Notes: generated by a model from the sequence alone, not told the origin. A stretch of 27,481 nucleotides of DNA from Tubiluchus corallicola (GCA_030141605.1 JAQGDQ010001733.1:1-27481); one strand, 5' to 3'. Shown: positions 11,227 through 23,840, numbered from the stretch's first letter. Program-made: numbers and translations.

Positions 11227-11305
11227 GTGTGATTTCTGTATATTTGCAGATGCGTAGTGTTTCTATTAGTATGTATATATCAGTTGTGTTGTTTTTTATC
11301 ATTAA

Positions 11306-11886
11306 ATGTGAGCTTGCAAACCAAAGCCGTCCATAAGTCGGCATACTTAAAACTACATTACGATGCTTCAAAGTAGAATACACCAAAAATTTAGTCAAAT
11401 GTCAATTTTTCGTATTATATAAAAACCAATGTTAAATATATTGGATTTTAATACTCTCGCATCAAATTATTAAGAAAATGTTTAAAAAGTACTAAAATCT
11501 AATTTTATAACCCTGTGAACACTTTTCTAGTTGCAAACCAGTACTACAATAGTAAAAAACTTGTATTTTCTAACTCCGATTGTAACTTGTGGAAGCAGCA
11601 ATTTTGCTTCGCGTTTTTTCTGTTGTCAAACCCAGGTCTTTGTCAGGTAGAGCCATCTACTGCAAATGACAAAAAACAAAGGTAATTTTAACAGTGATTT
11701 TCTCAAGATTATGTTTCTCAGTGTGCAGCCTGCACCTCAGCTTCAATGTGGATATCTCAGCTTAGAAATAACATAGAGCGATGAACTTGGTATCAAAATG
11801 ATCCTCCTGAAATGGAGATTCAGGGTGTGTGAATAACTAGAAAAGCTTAAGTGCCGACTTATGAACGATTTTGCTATGCAAGCACA
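11306..11886. mobile_element. Non-autonomous TIR DNA element (possibly Kolobok-like), copy 2, inverted relative to copy 1
   Basis: Preceded by TTAA (11302-11305). Imperfect TIRs atgtgagcttgcaaaccaaagccgtccataagtcggca ... tgccgacttatgaacgattttgctatgcaagcaca. The superfamily call rests only on the TTAA flank. Confidence 0.75.
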
Positions 11887-12013
11887 TAAATATACTTAGA
11901 TATCTTATAGTTCTGTATTATGCAGTGCGTACTGCAGGTTTTTAATGTCATGTTACGACCAGCATAACTCTAGTTCGTCATTGTGCCAAAGTTTGTAATT
12001 TGCATTTATTTTA

Positions 12014-14580
12014 TAGTAAACAACGTATAACTTGACGAGGTACAACTTGAATTCTTGTGTGTCTCAAACAGATCTCGTGGAACGGATTTTCCCTTTAACA
12101 AACATTGTACAACTTGAATTATCGCATAACATGAGATCTGTATCCCGAATTATTGCGAACGCAAACCGAATTCCCGGTACAATTCGTGAGAATCTGACTG
12201 AAATTACCTCACTTTTCTCGAACAACCTCCCAAGTGAGAAGTCCTGCATGAAACTGTGCACCACATTATGATTTTAACTGCTAGTTTCAGCAAAAATGCT
12301 AAGATTTCCTGTAATCCTAAACGAGTGTGCACCACATTATGATTTTGACTACTAGTTTCAGCAAAAATGCTAAGATTTCCTGTACTCCTACGTGAGTGTG
12401 CACTACATTATGATTTTAACTGCTAGTTTCAGCAAAAATGCTAAGATTTCCTGTAATCCTACACGAGTGTGCACCACAATATGATTTTAACTGCTAGTTT
12501 CAGCAAAAATGCTAAGATTTCTTGTAATCCTACACAAGTGTGCACCACAATATGATTTTAACTGCTAGTTTCAGCAAAAATGCTAAATTTCTTGTAATCC
12601 TACACGAGTGTGCACCACAATATGATTTTAACTGCTAGTTTCAGCAAAAATGCTAAATTTCTTGTAATCCTACACGAGTGTGCACCACAATATGATTTTA
12701 ACTGCTAGTTTCAGCGAAAATGCTATGATTTCTTGTAATCCTACACGAGTGTGCACCACAATATGATTTTAACTGCTAGTTTCAGCAAAAATGCTAAATT
12801 TCTTGTAATCCTACACGAGTGTGCACCACAATATGATTTTAACTGCTAGTTTCAGCAAAAATGCTAAATTTCTTGTAATCCTACACGAGTGTGCACCACA
12901 ATATGATTTTAACTGCTAGTTTCAGCGAAAATGCTATGATTTCTTGTAATCCTACACGAGTGTGCACCACAATATGATTTTAACTGCTAGTTTCAGCGAA
13001 AATGCTAAGATTTCTTGTAATCCTACACGAGTGTGCACCACATTATGATTTTGACTGCTAGTTTCAGCAAAAATGCAAAGATTTCTTGTAATCCTACACG
13101 AGTGTGCACCACATTATGATTTTGACTACTAGTTTCAGCAAAAATGCTAAGATTTCTTGTAATCCTACACGAGTGTGCACCACATTATGATTTTAACTGC
13201 CAGTTTCAGCAAAAATGCTAAGATTTCTTGTACTCCTACACAAGTGTGCACCACATTATGATTTTAACTGCTAGTTTCAGCAAAAATGCTAAGATTTCTT
13301 GTAATCCTACACGAGTGTGCACCACATTATGATTTTGACTGCTAGTTTCAGCAAAAATGCTAAGATTTCTTGTAATCCTACACGAGTGTGCACCACATTA
13401 CGATTTTAACTGCTAGTTTCAGCAAAAATGCTAAGATTTCTTGTAATCCTACACGAAAGTGTGCACCACATTATGATTTTAACTGCTAGTTTCAGCAAAA
13501 ATGCTAAATTTCTTGTAATCCTACACGAGTGTGCACCACAATATGATTTTAACTGCTAGTTTCAGCAAAAATGCTAAATTTCTTGTAATCCTACACGAGT
13601 GTGCACCACAATATGATTTTAACTGCTAGTTTCAGCGAAAATGCTATGATTTCTTGTAATCCTACACGAGTGTGCACCACAATATGATTTTAACTGCTAG
13701 TTTCAGCAAAAATGCTAAATTTCTTGTAATCCTACACGAGTGTGCACCACAATGTGATTTTAACTGCTAGTTTCAGCAAAAATGCTAAATTTCTTGTAAT
13801 CCTACACGAGTGTGCACCACATTATGATTTTGACTACTAGTTTCAGCAAAAATGCTAAGATTTCTTGTAATCCTACACGAGTGTGCACCACATTATGATT
13901 TTAACTGCCAGTTATAGCAAAAATGCTAAGATTTCTTGTACTCCTACACGAGTGTGCACCACATTATGATTTTAACTGCTAGTTTCAGCTAAATGCTAAG
14001 ATTTCTTGTAATCCTACACGAGTGTGCACCACATTATGATTTTAACTGCTAGTTTCAGCAAAAATGCTGTTTTCTTGTAATCCTACACGAGTGTGCACCA
14101 CATTATGATTTTAACTGCTAGTTTCAGCAAAAATGCTAAGATTTCTTGTAATCCTACACGAAAGTGTGCACCACATTATGATTTTAACTGCTAGTTTCAG
14201 CAAAAATGCTAAGATTTCTTGTAATCCTACACAAGTGTGCACTACATTACGATTTGAACTGATAGTTTCAGCAAAAATGCTAAGATTTCTTGTATTACTT
14301 TAGCAGAACGGTGAACACATGGCTTAATGAACGTGGTTTAATAACTAGATCACAATATTATTGCCGAATTCCATTAACCACGCTACTCAGACTATTTAAG
14401 TGGACTCATCATTTTATTTTGGGCTAATCATAAAAACTGTTGTTTGACATTTGGCTGCAGTGTTAACTAGTGTATTAATTAGTGACTCCGTCATGTTTTT
14501 TTTACAAACATTGTCTAACTCGTACCCTCGCATAAGTCGAATTCCAGTCCCTAGGTGTTCAAGTTATATGTAGTTTACAT
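12014..14580. mobile_element. Probable degenerate pogo/Tigger-like MITE enclosing the 71-bp satellite
   Basis: gtaaacaacgtataacttga (12016-12035) is the reverse complement (18/20) of tcaagttatatgtagtttac (14559-14578). Subterminal aacttgaatt and aagtcgaatt motifs occur near both ends. Confidence 0.55.
12255..14293. repeat. 71-bp satellite, ~29 copies
   Basis: Unit gtgtgcaccacattatgattttaactgctagtttcagcaaaaatgctaagatttcttgtaatcctacacga, head-to-tail with no spacers. Confidence 0.98.
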
Positions 14581-15003
14581 TTCGTATTCTAGATCATGTT
14601 ATGAAACATTTTCTGTGAATAATTTATGGATTGTGAAATTTGTGCAATCACTTCCCGTCCAAAGTGTGTCGTTTTTTAATCAATATATTTTATACAGCAG
14701 CAAAAATAGTTCTGCCAAAGATTAATGTTTGCAGTAATTTCTTAAAGGTAAACATGATGATTTTCCAATCCTACGCTATTTTGAAGTAAGGTAAAGAGTA
14801 TACATTTGAATACCTGTAAACGTGCCAGGGTTTCCGATAATTATATTATGATTTAAAAATTTAATTAATGATCGGCGAATCCAACTAGTTCCAACTGCAC
14901 GATCTTCTCGCATTGGCTTTTTCATGAAGTAGTTCGTGATACCGTGGAAGCCGGAATCAATCATCCCTCAGGGAGGTGAACAACCAGAATCAGCAAGGCA
15001 AAC

Positions 15004-15127
15004 AAAACTCTCCAGAGCGAGCATTGATCCCAGGCAGTCATGAAATCATTCACCGACCGGGGTTGGTATTGCTTAACTTATGTTGCAAAGCACACGCCGT
15101 GTCGAAGTGGCTTCTCGGCCTGGCTCT
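15004..15127 (-). other. Diverged 5S-rRNA-derived segment (not an intact 5S gene)
   Basis: The minus strand has AAGTTAAGCA, then 30 nt, then GACTGCCTGGGA, the same spacing as in animal 5S rRNA. There is also a GGCC near the 5' end and a terminal TTTT. The rest is diverged. Confidence 0.55.
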
Positions 15128-15838
15128 CCTTGACACATACATACATCAAAAATTGAACGATAAACATAAAACAAAGTCAAAGGCCCAAATGCAGTTGAAA
15201 AGCCGAATGTATTGAATATTACAGAACAGAAAAACAGAACCTGTTTTATGCAGAAATGTAAGTCTCTTTACCTTGTGCAGAAGCGTTCTTTTCATCTTCT
15301 GGAATGTGTGCCCGTTCTTGTCTGGATATGTTCGGGAACTTTGTGTCTTTTAAATTTTTACTATACTACATTTTTACTTTACTACATTTATACTATATAT
15401 TCAAGAAAAAAAAACTGCACTGGTTAGAATTGAAGAATATAAGTGAAAACCACAATTTATAAATTACAGAAGAATTACAGTCAAAATTACATGTTGAAGC
15501 AAAAATACAGTGCAGAAAAAATACAGATATACATGTTTAAGCAAAAACTGCACTAACCATATAATTTAAAGAACATAGTACAGAAAAAATACAGTTCATT
15601 AGCATGGCAGAAAAAAACTGCATGGATAGGAAGGGAATATTTGGTAGTAGGGGCAGAAAAAAATGTTTAAAAAACCCAAAAAACTGTGCACAGCATAAAA
15701 TAAAAATACAAAATATAAAAATACAACACAATACTAATTTTACAACTAAACTAGCTAGCTAATATATAAATATTACGTATAAATTATTTACAAGTATACA
15801 TAGTATACAGGTGTACTCTTCATGTATGCTCCACAACC

Positions 15839-16700
15839 TCAAAAACGTGCGGCCTTTGTGCTGTAAATTGCAGACGGTACGGGCTTTGACCACAAAACGA
15901 TTAGTTCTTTCATCAGCTGGGACACACACAAAGCACCTGGAGCCAACAGTTGGCTATAGAGGCAAGCTCTAAAGTGCAGGTCATTCTCCTTCATCCTTGT
16001 CTTTCTGCTTCTCCTCCTCCTCCTCCTCCTCCTTGCTTTCTTTTTTGCAGATATTCGGACAAGGACGTCTTCCAACCATTGCTCATACGGGATACCTTCA
16101 GTTGGGCAGAAAAGGTACCCACGCTGACACCGATGGCCTATGTCAGCAGTCCGTTCGAAGCCACATTTCTTGCAACAATTGGAAGCCTTCAGTCCCCCGT
16201 ACTTGGGAGCTTGCCCCTCTCCTATCATGCGCCAATGGCGGTACGCTGTTGAGCGAGGCACACTTGGTGGTTTGTCACCATCATCAGGACCATTATCAGG
16301 CAACTTCCACTTTCTTACAGATGCCTCACCAGCTGTATTCGGAGGTAGAACGTAGGTGTACCTTCCCCGGTATTCTACAACTGGAGGTGCATCGGGAAGT
16401 TGACGTGCCATTGGAAGTGGACGCGGTGATGTTAACGGCTGTGTCCATACCCTGTACAAATTTGTTGTTTTTACCATTTGTCCGTTCATTGTCGCCTTCT
16501 TTATCACCCCGTTCTTTGTCTGAATATGTTCTGCCACGTGCACATCTGAATACCTGCAGGATGACATCTCCTTTTCTCACAGTGCCTGTCTAAGTGTAGA
16601 GCCGGTAGTTTGGTGGATCTTGCAGACATTTCACATCACATTTTTGTTCAGCCCATTCTGCCCTCATACATCGACAAGAGGAGCCCATGGTGTCCTTACT
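15839..16700 (-). pseudogene. Scrambled, deleted remnant of a DUF6729-family-like (putative transposon-encoded) gene, C-terminal part
   Basis: Motifs KDTMG...EWAEQKCDVKCLQDPPNYRLYT*TGTVRKGDVILQVFRCARG, YVLPPNTAGEA, VPRSTAYRH, CKKCGFERTADIGH...GYLFCP...EQWL and NDLHF match remembered motifs of that family. In-frame TAG at 16590-16592 plus frame changes. Confidence 0.65.
16011..16032. repeat. (CTC)n microsatellite, ~7 units
   Basis: ctcctcctcctcctcctcctcc. It produces the poly-Arg, poly-Pro and poly-Ser runs in the overlapping ORFs. Confidence 0.9.
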
Positions 16701-17896
16701 ATTTACAATATATTTACAAACTATTTACATTTCTATTATTTCCATGACATGTCCATCGCTGTCACTCACATCACCTGCAACAACAAGAAGTTCAATTCAA
16801 ACTTGTTTATTAATCATTAGCAAACAGCATATCTGACAAATGCAACGATAAGTTAATTTATCGGTGTTATCATGGCTGAAGCAAATGGCTCGCATGCTGT
16901 CAGGTATTGCGCTGTTTTCGCTAACCATGCTTCAGTGTGTGACTCCAAGTGTTTTTTGTATAACTGCGTTGACGTATTCCCCTTGCTTTTTTCTCAACAA
17001 TATCAGCAAATTGCTACATGCATACCTGTAAGCTAGTAGTGCAGGCTACTTTCATGCTGCTGCTTTCTCCCAAATCACCTGCAACAACAAGAAGTTCACT
17101 TCAAAAGCTTGTAAGTTTTAAACGTCCGAGGGAGGGGCCAAAATGCAAAATTCGGGGTCCCCTCAGTTGGTGACCTCTTACATATTGAGGGTAGGGACAC
17201 AAAACTCACAGGGCACACTCATTGGGCAAAGTGATCTATGTATACGTGTGACCCGAGTTGCTGGGTCAAAGGTCACGGAACGGGCTTGTCTTCATTTATT
17301 TTTCTTTAGAATCCATCTGTTCCATAGTTTTTAAGACAATAATTGACCCGTGGGTGATGGGCTGAACATTGAAATGCACTTTCCATGTATTCAAGCAACT
17401 CAATGAAAAAATAAACGCTTTCAATAAAGACAGTCGCCTTCATGTGTTGAATATTTATTTACAAATATATTTACAACAAACTATTTACAATTATTTACAG
17501 TTCTATCACTTCCATCCTGCTTTCAATCACATCACCTGCAACAAGAAGAAGTTCAATTCAAACTTGTTTATTAATCATTAGCAAACAGCATATCTGATAA
17601 ATGCAATGATAAAGTTAATTCGACTGACTGTCTCACACGAGAGATTCCCAGTCGACGTTTCTTGCACTTTGCACTTAAATGTGGATATTCTGGTATAAAA
17701 TAACAACATTCTTGATTTGATTATAACTGTAACACTATTTAATCGATTACTTAACAGACTCTGATCATCAACAATTTCAATTTGTTTTTTTTTTTTTGCT
17801 AATTTGCTACCCGAGGAGGCAAAAACGGAAACATTAAGGTCGGGAACAGAAATGCATCGAGTGTCTACGAATAGTACCATGTAGCATATTAAATGA

Positions 17897-20800
17897 AAGG
17901 TCTTTATGAGGCGAATCGAATGATAGGGGTTATAGTGTGAATAGTTAACCTGTGACCCAGTTAGGGGCAAAATAAGGATCGAGGAGACAAGTGCCTTCCA
18001 GGGTCTACCAAAAATAGGTTGTTGTATATCAAATGAAAGGTCTCAATGACATAAGTTATGCCAAGATTATTGACCTTTGACCCGTGGGTGATGGGCTGAA
18101 CAGTGAAATGCACTTTCCATGTATTCAAGCAACTCATTGAAAAAATAAGCACTTTCAAAAAAGACAGTCGCCTTCATATATTTACAATGTTGAATATTTA
18201 TTTACACACTATTTACAATATATTGACAAACTATTTACATTTCTATTACTTTCATTACATCTCCTCCATAGCTTTCACTCACATCACCTGCAACAACAAG
18301 AAGTTCAATTCAAACTTGTTTATTAATCATTAGCAAACAGCATATCTGACAAATGCAACGATAAGTTAATTTATCGGTGTTATCATGGCTGAAGCAAATG
18401 GCTCGCATGCTGTCAGGTATTGCGGTGTTTTCGCTAACCATGCTTCAGTGTGTGACTCCAAGTGTTTTTTGTATAACTGCGTTGACGTATTCCCCTTGCT
18501 TTTCTCTCTCAACAATATCAGCAAACGCTTGCTACATGCATACCTGTAACTTAGTAGTGCAGGCTTCTTTCATGCTGCTGCTTTCACCCAAATCACCTGC
18601 AACAACAAGAAGTTCAATTCAAACTTGTTTATTAATCATTAGCAAACAGCATATCTGACAAATGCAACGATAAGTTAATTCGACTGACTGTCGCACACGA
18701 GATTCCCAGTCGACATTTCTTGTACTTTGCACATACTTTACAACTATTTACAACTGTTATTTACATTTTCTTTATTATCGCTCACGCCAGGAACTTTGTC
18801 AACTAGTACTTCATCATTTTCTTCATTGTTATCGTTTATATTCATTCTAGTCTGTCTCATCTCGTGCTCGTTCCAATAGTCCGCCATGTCGCTACATCCT
18901 GATTTTCAGGTAAACACATCTGGTCAGGCACGTAATAACAGTCATAACAATTTAACTCGATGACAAACTTTAATGATAAAAAATATTATTAGGCTACTGT
19001 ATCGAAACACCCTTACTGTTAGCATTTATAGAGCACTGAACGGCCATTGCGCGTCAAAAAATCGGAAATAAATTTGCTTACCGTTAGCAGTCGAGTTCTC
19101 ATGTTTCTCTCTCGAAGGAATAGCAAAAGTTTCACAGAATATGTAAATAATTTGTCGCAAACACATTTCAACCGTGGCGGGTAGCGAAATTACGGCGCCT
19201 GCGTGAAATTGACGTCAGCGCCAACTACTTGAAGAAATTCAAACGAATTCCCATTTTGTCTCAATTTCACAGTGAAGATTGCTGTCCGGTAGGCAAACGT
19301 CTGCCATGGTTTCTAAATCTTTATTATTATCCTTATCTTTTTTCATTGTTATCATTCACATTTTTATTTATTACTCACATCATATGATTTTTATCTTATT
19401 GACAAGATTTAGTAATTTAAAATCTTATTTGGGTCGTGACGTGTGCTATGAATGCTCTGATTATTTTTTCAAACTTTACTCAGTGTTATGTAAACTTGTT
19501 TAAAATTACTTATAGTCAAAATGGCTGTGTCTATAACGGTCATCGCGGGTGCTTAAATTCACATGTATCTTGTTTTTTCCGATTCGATCCACTCATTGCC
19601 ATGGCTGCCATATCTCCTTCGTTCCTTAGGTCACCGTAGTCCGCGAACACTTTCCTCTCTTTCTTCATCCTTTCGGGAGTATTACGAGTCACTGTTTTCA
19701 TCTCCTCCTCGTTGCAAACGTCTGCCATGGTTTCTAAATCTTTATTATTATCCTTATCTTTTTTTTCATCATTATTGTTCATAAGGTCTTGATGAGGCGA
19801 ATCGAATGATATGGGTTATAGTGTGAATAGTTAACCTGTGACCCAGTTAGGGGCAAAATAAGGGTCGAGGAGACAAATGTCTTCCAGGGTCTACAAAAAT
19901 AGGTTGTTGTATATCAAATGAAAGGTCTCAATGATATAAGTTATGCCAAGATTATTGACCTTTGACCCGTGGGTGATGGGCTGAACAGTGAAATGCACTT
20001 TCCATGTATTCAAGCAACTCAATGAAAAAATAAACACTTTCAAAAAAGACAGTTACCTTCATATATTTACAATGTTGAATATTTATTCACAAATATATTT
20101 ACAAACTATTTACAATTCTTTACATTTCAATTACACTACTCACACTGCTTTCAATCACATCACCTGCAACAACAAGAAGTTCAATTCAGTTCAGCCGCCT
20201 TCATATATTTGCAAGGATAAAATATATTTATTTACAAACTATTTACAATTCTATTATTTTCATTACATCTCCATTGCTTTCATCCTGCCAGTCCATCACC
20301 TGCAACAACAAGAAGTTCAATTCAAACTTGTTTATTAATCATTAGCAAACAGCATATCTGACAAATGCAACAATAAGTTAATTTATCGGTGTTATCATGG
20401 CTGAAGCAAATGGCTCGCATGCTGTCAGGTATTGCGCTGTTTTCGCTAACCATGCTTCAGTGTGTGACTCCAAGTGTTTTTTGTATAACTGCGTTGACGT
20501 ATTCCCCTTGCTTTTCTCTCTCAACAATATCAGCAAACGCTTGCTACATGCATACCTGTAACTTAGTAGTGCAGGCTTCTTTCATGCTGCTGCTTTCACC
20601 CAAATCACCTGCAACAACAAGAAGTTCAATTCAAACTTGTTTATTAATCATTAGCAAACAGCATATCTGACAAATGCAACGATAAGTTAATTCGACTGAC
20701 TGTCGCACACGAGATTCCCAGTCGACGTTTCTTGCACTTTGCACATACTTTACAACTATTTACAACGGTTATTTACATTTTCTTTATTATCGTTCACGCC

Positions 20801-23800
20801 AGGAACTTTGTCAACTAGTACTTCATCATTTTCTTCATTGTTTCATTTATATTCATTCTAGTCTGTCTCATCTCGTGCTCGTTCCAATAGTCCGCCATGT
20901 CGCTACATCCTGATTTTCAGGTAAACACATCTGGTCAGGCACGTATTAACAGTCAGAATAATTTAACTCGGTGACAAACTTTAATGATAAAAAATATTAT
21001 TAGGCTACTGTATCGAAACGCCCTTACTGTTAGCATTTATAGACCGCTGGCCGGCCATTGCGCGTCAAAAAGTCAGAAATAAATTTGCTTACCGTTTGCA
21101 GTCGAGTTCTCATGTTTCTCTCTCGAAGGAATAGCAAAAGTTTCACAGAATATGTAAATAATTTGTCGCAAACACATTTCAAACGTGGCGGGTGGCGAAA
21201 TTACGGCGCCTGCGTGAAATTGACGTCAGCGCCAACTACTTGAAGAAATTCAAACGAATTCCCATTTTGTCTCAATTTCACAGTGAAGATTGCTGTCCGG
21301 TAGGCAAACGTCTGCCATGGTTTCTAAATCTTTATTATTATCCTTATATTTTTTTCATTGTTATCATTCACATTTTTATTTATTACTCACATCATATGAT
21401 TTTTATCTTATTGACAAGATTTAGTAATTTAAAATTTATTTGGGTCGTGACGTGTGCTATGAATGCTCTGATTATTTTTTCAAACTTTACTCAGTGTTAT
21501 GTAAACTTGTTTCAAATTACTTATAGTCAAAATGGCTGTGTCTATAACGGTCATCGTGGGTGCTTAAATTCACATGTATCTTGTTTTTTCCGATTCGATC
21601 CACTCATTGCCATGGCTGCCATATCTCCTTCGTTCCTTAGGTCACCGTAGTCCGCGAACACTTTCCTCTCTTTCTTCATCCTTTCGGGAGTATTACGAGT
21701 CACTGTTTTCATCTCCTCCTCGTTGCAAACGTCTGCCATGGTTTCTAAATCTTTATTATTATCCTTATCTTTTTTTTCATCATTATTGTTCATAAGGTCT
21801 TGATGAGGCGAATCGAATGATATGGGTTATAGTGTGAATAGTTAACCTGTGACCCAGTTAGGGGCAAAATAAGGGTCGAGGAGACAAATGTCTTCCAGGG
21901 TCTACAAAAATAGGTTGTTGTATATCAAATGAAAGGTCTCAATGATATAAGTTATGCCAAGATTATTGACCTTTGACCCGTGGGTGATGGGCTGAACAGT
22001 GAAATGCACTTTCCATGTATTCAAGCAACTCAATGAAAAAATAAACACTTTAAAAAAACAGCCGCCTTCATATATTTGCAATGATAAAATATATTTATTT
22101 ACAAACTATTTACAATATATTTACAATTCTATTATTTTCATTACATCTCCATTGCTTTCATCCCCTGCCAGTCCATCACCTGCAACAACAAGAAGTTCAA
22201 TTCAAACTTGTTTATTAATCATTAGCAAACAGCATATCTGAACAGTGAAATGCACTTTCCATGTATTCAAGCAACTCAATGAAAAAATAAACACTTTAAA
22301 AAAACAGCCGCCTTCATATATTTGCAATGATAAAATATATTTATTTACAAACTATTTACAATATATTTACAATTCTATTATTTTCATTACATCTCCATTG
22401 CTTTCATCCCCTGCCAGTCCATCACCTGCAACAACAAGAAGTTCAATTCAAACTTGTTTATTAATCATTAGCAAACAGCATATCTGAACAGTGAAATGAA
22501 CTTTCCATGTATTCAAGCAACTCAATGAAAAAATAAACACTTTAAAAAAAAGACAACCGCCTTCATATATATGCAATGATAAAATATATTTATTTACAAA
22601 CTATTTACAATATATTTACAAAATATTTACAATTCTATGATTTTCATTACATCTTCCCCTGCCAGTCCATCACCTGCAACAACAAGAAGTTCAATTCAAA
22701 CTTGTTTATTAATCATTAGCAAACAGCATATCTGACAAATGCAACGATAAGTTAATTCGACTGACTGTCGCACACGAGATTCCCAGTCGACATTTCTTGT
22801 ACTTTGCACATACTTTACAACTATTTACAATGGTTATTTACATTTTCTTTATTATCGCTCACGCCAGGAACTTTGTCAACTAGTACTTCATCATTTTCTT
22901 CATTGTTATCGTTTATATTCATTCTAGTCTGTCTCATCTCGTGCTCGTTCCAATAGTCCGCCATGTCGCTACATCCTGATTTTCAGGTAAACACATCTGG
23001 TCAGGCACGTAATAACAGTCATAACAATTTAACTCGATGACAAACTTTAATGATAAAAAATATTATTAGGCTACTGTATCGAAACACCCTTACTGTTAGC
23101 ATTTATAGAGCACTGAACGGCCATTGCGCGTCAAAAAATCGGAAATAAATTTGCTTACCGTTAGCAGTCGAGTTCTCATGTTTCTCTCTCGAAGGAATAG
23201 CAAAAGTTTCACAGAATATGTAAATTTGTCGCAAACACATTTCAACCGTGGCGGGTGGCGAAATTACGGCGCCTGCGTGAAATTGACGTCAGCGCCAACT
23301 ACTTGAAGAAATTCAAACGAATTCCCATTTTGTCTCAATTTCACAGTGAAGATTGCTGTCCGGTAGGCAAACGTCTGCCATGGTTTCTAAATCTTTATTA
23401 ATATCCTTATCGTTTTTCATTGTTATCATTCACATTTTTATTTATTACTCACATCATATGATTTTTATCTTATTGACAAGATTTAGTAATTTAAAATCTT
23501 ATTTGGGTCGTGACGTGTGCTATGAATGCTCTGATTATTTTTTCAAACTTTACTCAGTGTTATGTAAACTTGTTTCAAATTACTTATAGTCAAAATGGCT
23601 GTGTCTATAACGGTCATCGCGGGTGCTTAAATTCACATGTATCTTGTTTTTTCCGATTCGATCCACTCATTGCCATGGCTGCCATATCTCCTTCGTTCCT
23701 TAGGTCACAGTAGTCCGCAAACACTTTCCTCTCTTTCTTCATCCTGTCGGGAGTACTACGAGTCACTGTTTTCATCTCCTCCTTGTTGCAAACGTCAGCC

Positions 23801-23840
23801 ATGGTTTCTAAATCTTTATTATTATCCTTATATATTTTTT
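17897..23840. repeat. ~1.9-2.06-kb tandem triplication
   Basis: Units start at about 17897, 19783 and 21794 (aaggtctt(t/g)atgaggcgaatcg). Homologous ORFs end at 19540, 21551 and 23614. Confidence 0.93.
21990..22735. repeat. 246-bp tandem repeat, three copies, nested in the third 2-kb unit
   Basis: ctgaacagtgaaatg recurs with period 246, and the ORFs at 21999 and 22245 are identical. Confidence 0.93.

Noticed and set aside
12255-14293. CRISPR-like regular array
   Set aside because: Units are near-identical along their whole length with no unique spacers, no cas genes, and a eukaryotic intron-exon context.
15004-15127. Functional 5S rRNA gene
   Set aside because: Helices II, IV and V cannot be paired and the box C core (GGATGGGAGA) is absent. 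Kept only as 5S-derived.
15839-16567. The 242-aa ORF as an intact gene
   Set aside because: Family motifs are split across frames and out of order, there is an upstream in-frame stop, and the poly-Arg run comes from a microsatellite.
15950-16593. Plus-strand ORFs overlapping the remnant
   Set aside because: They are antisense shadows of the minus-strand coding remnant and have no recognisable motifs.
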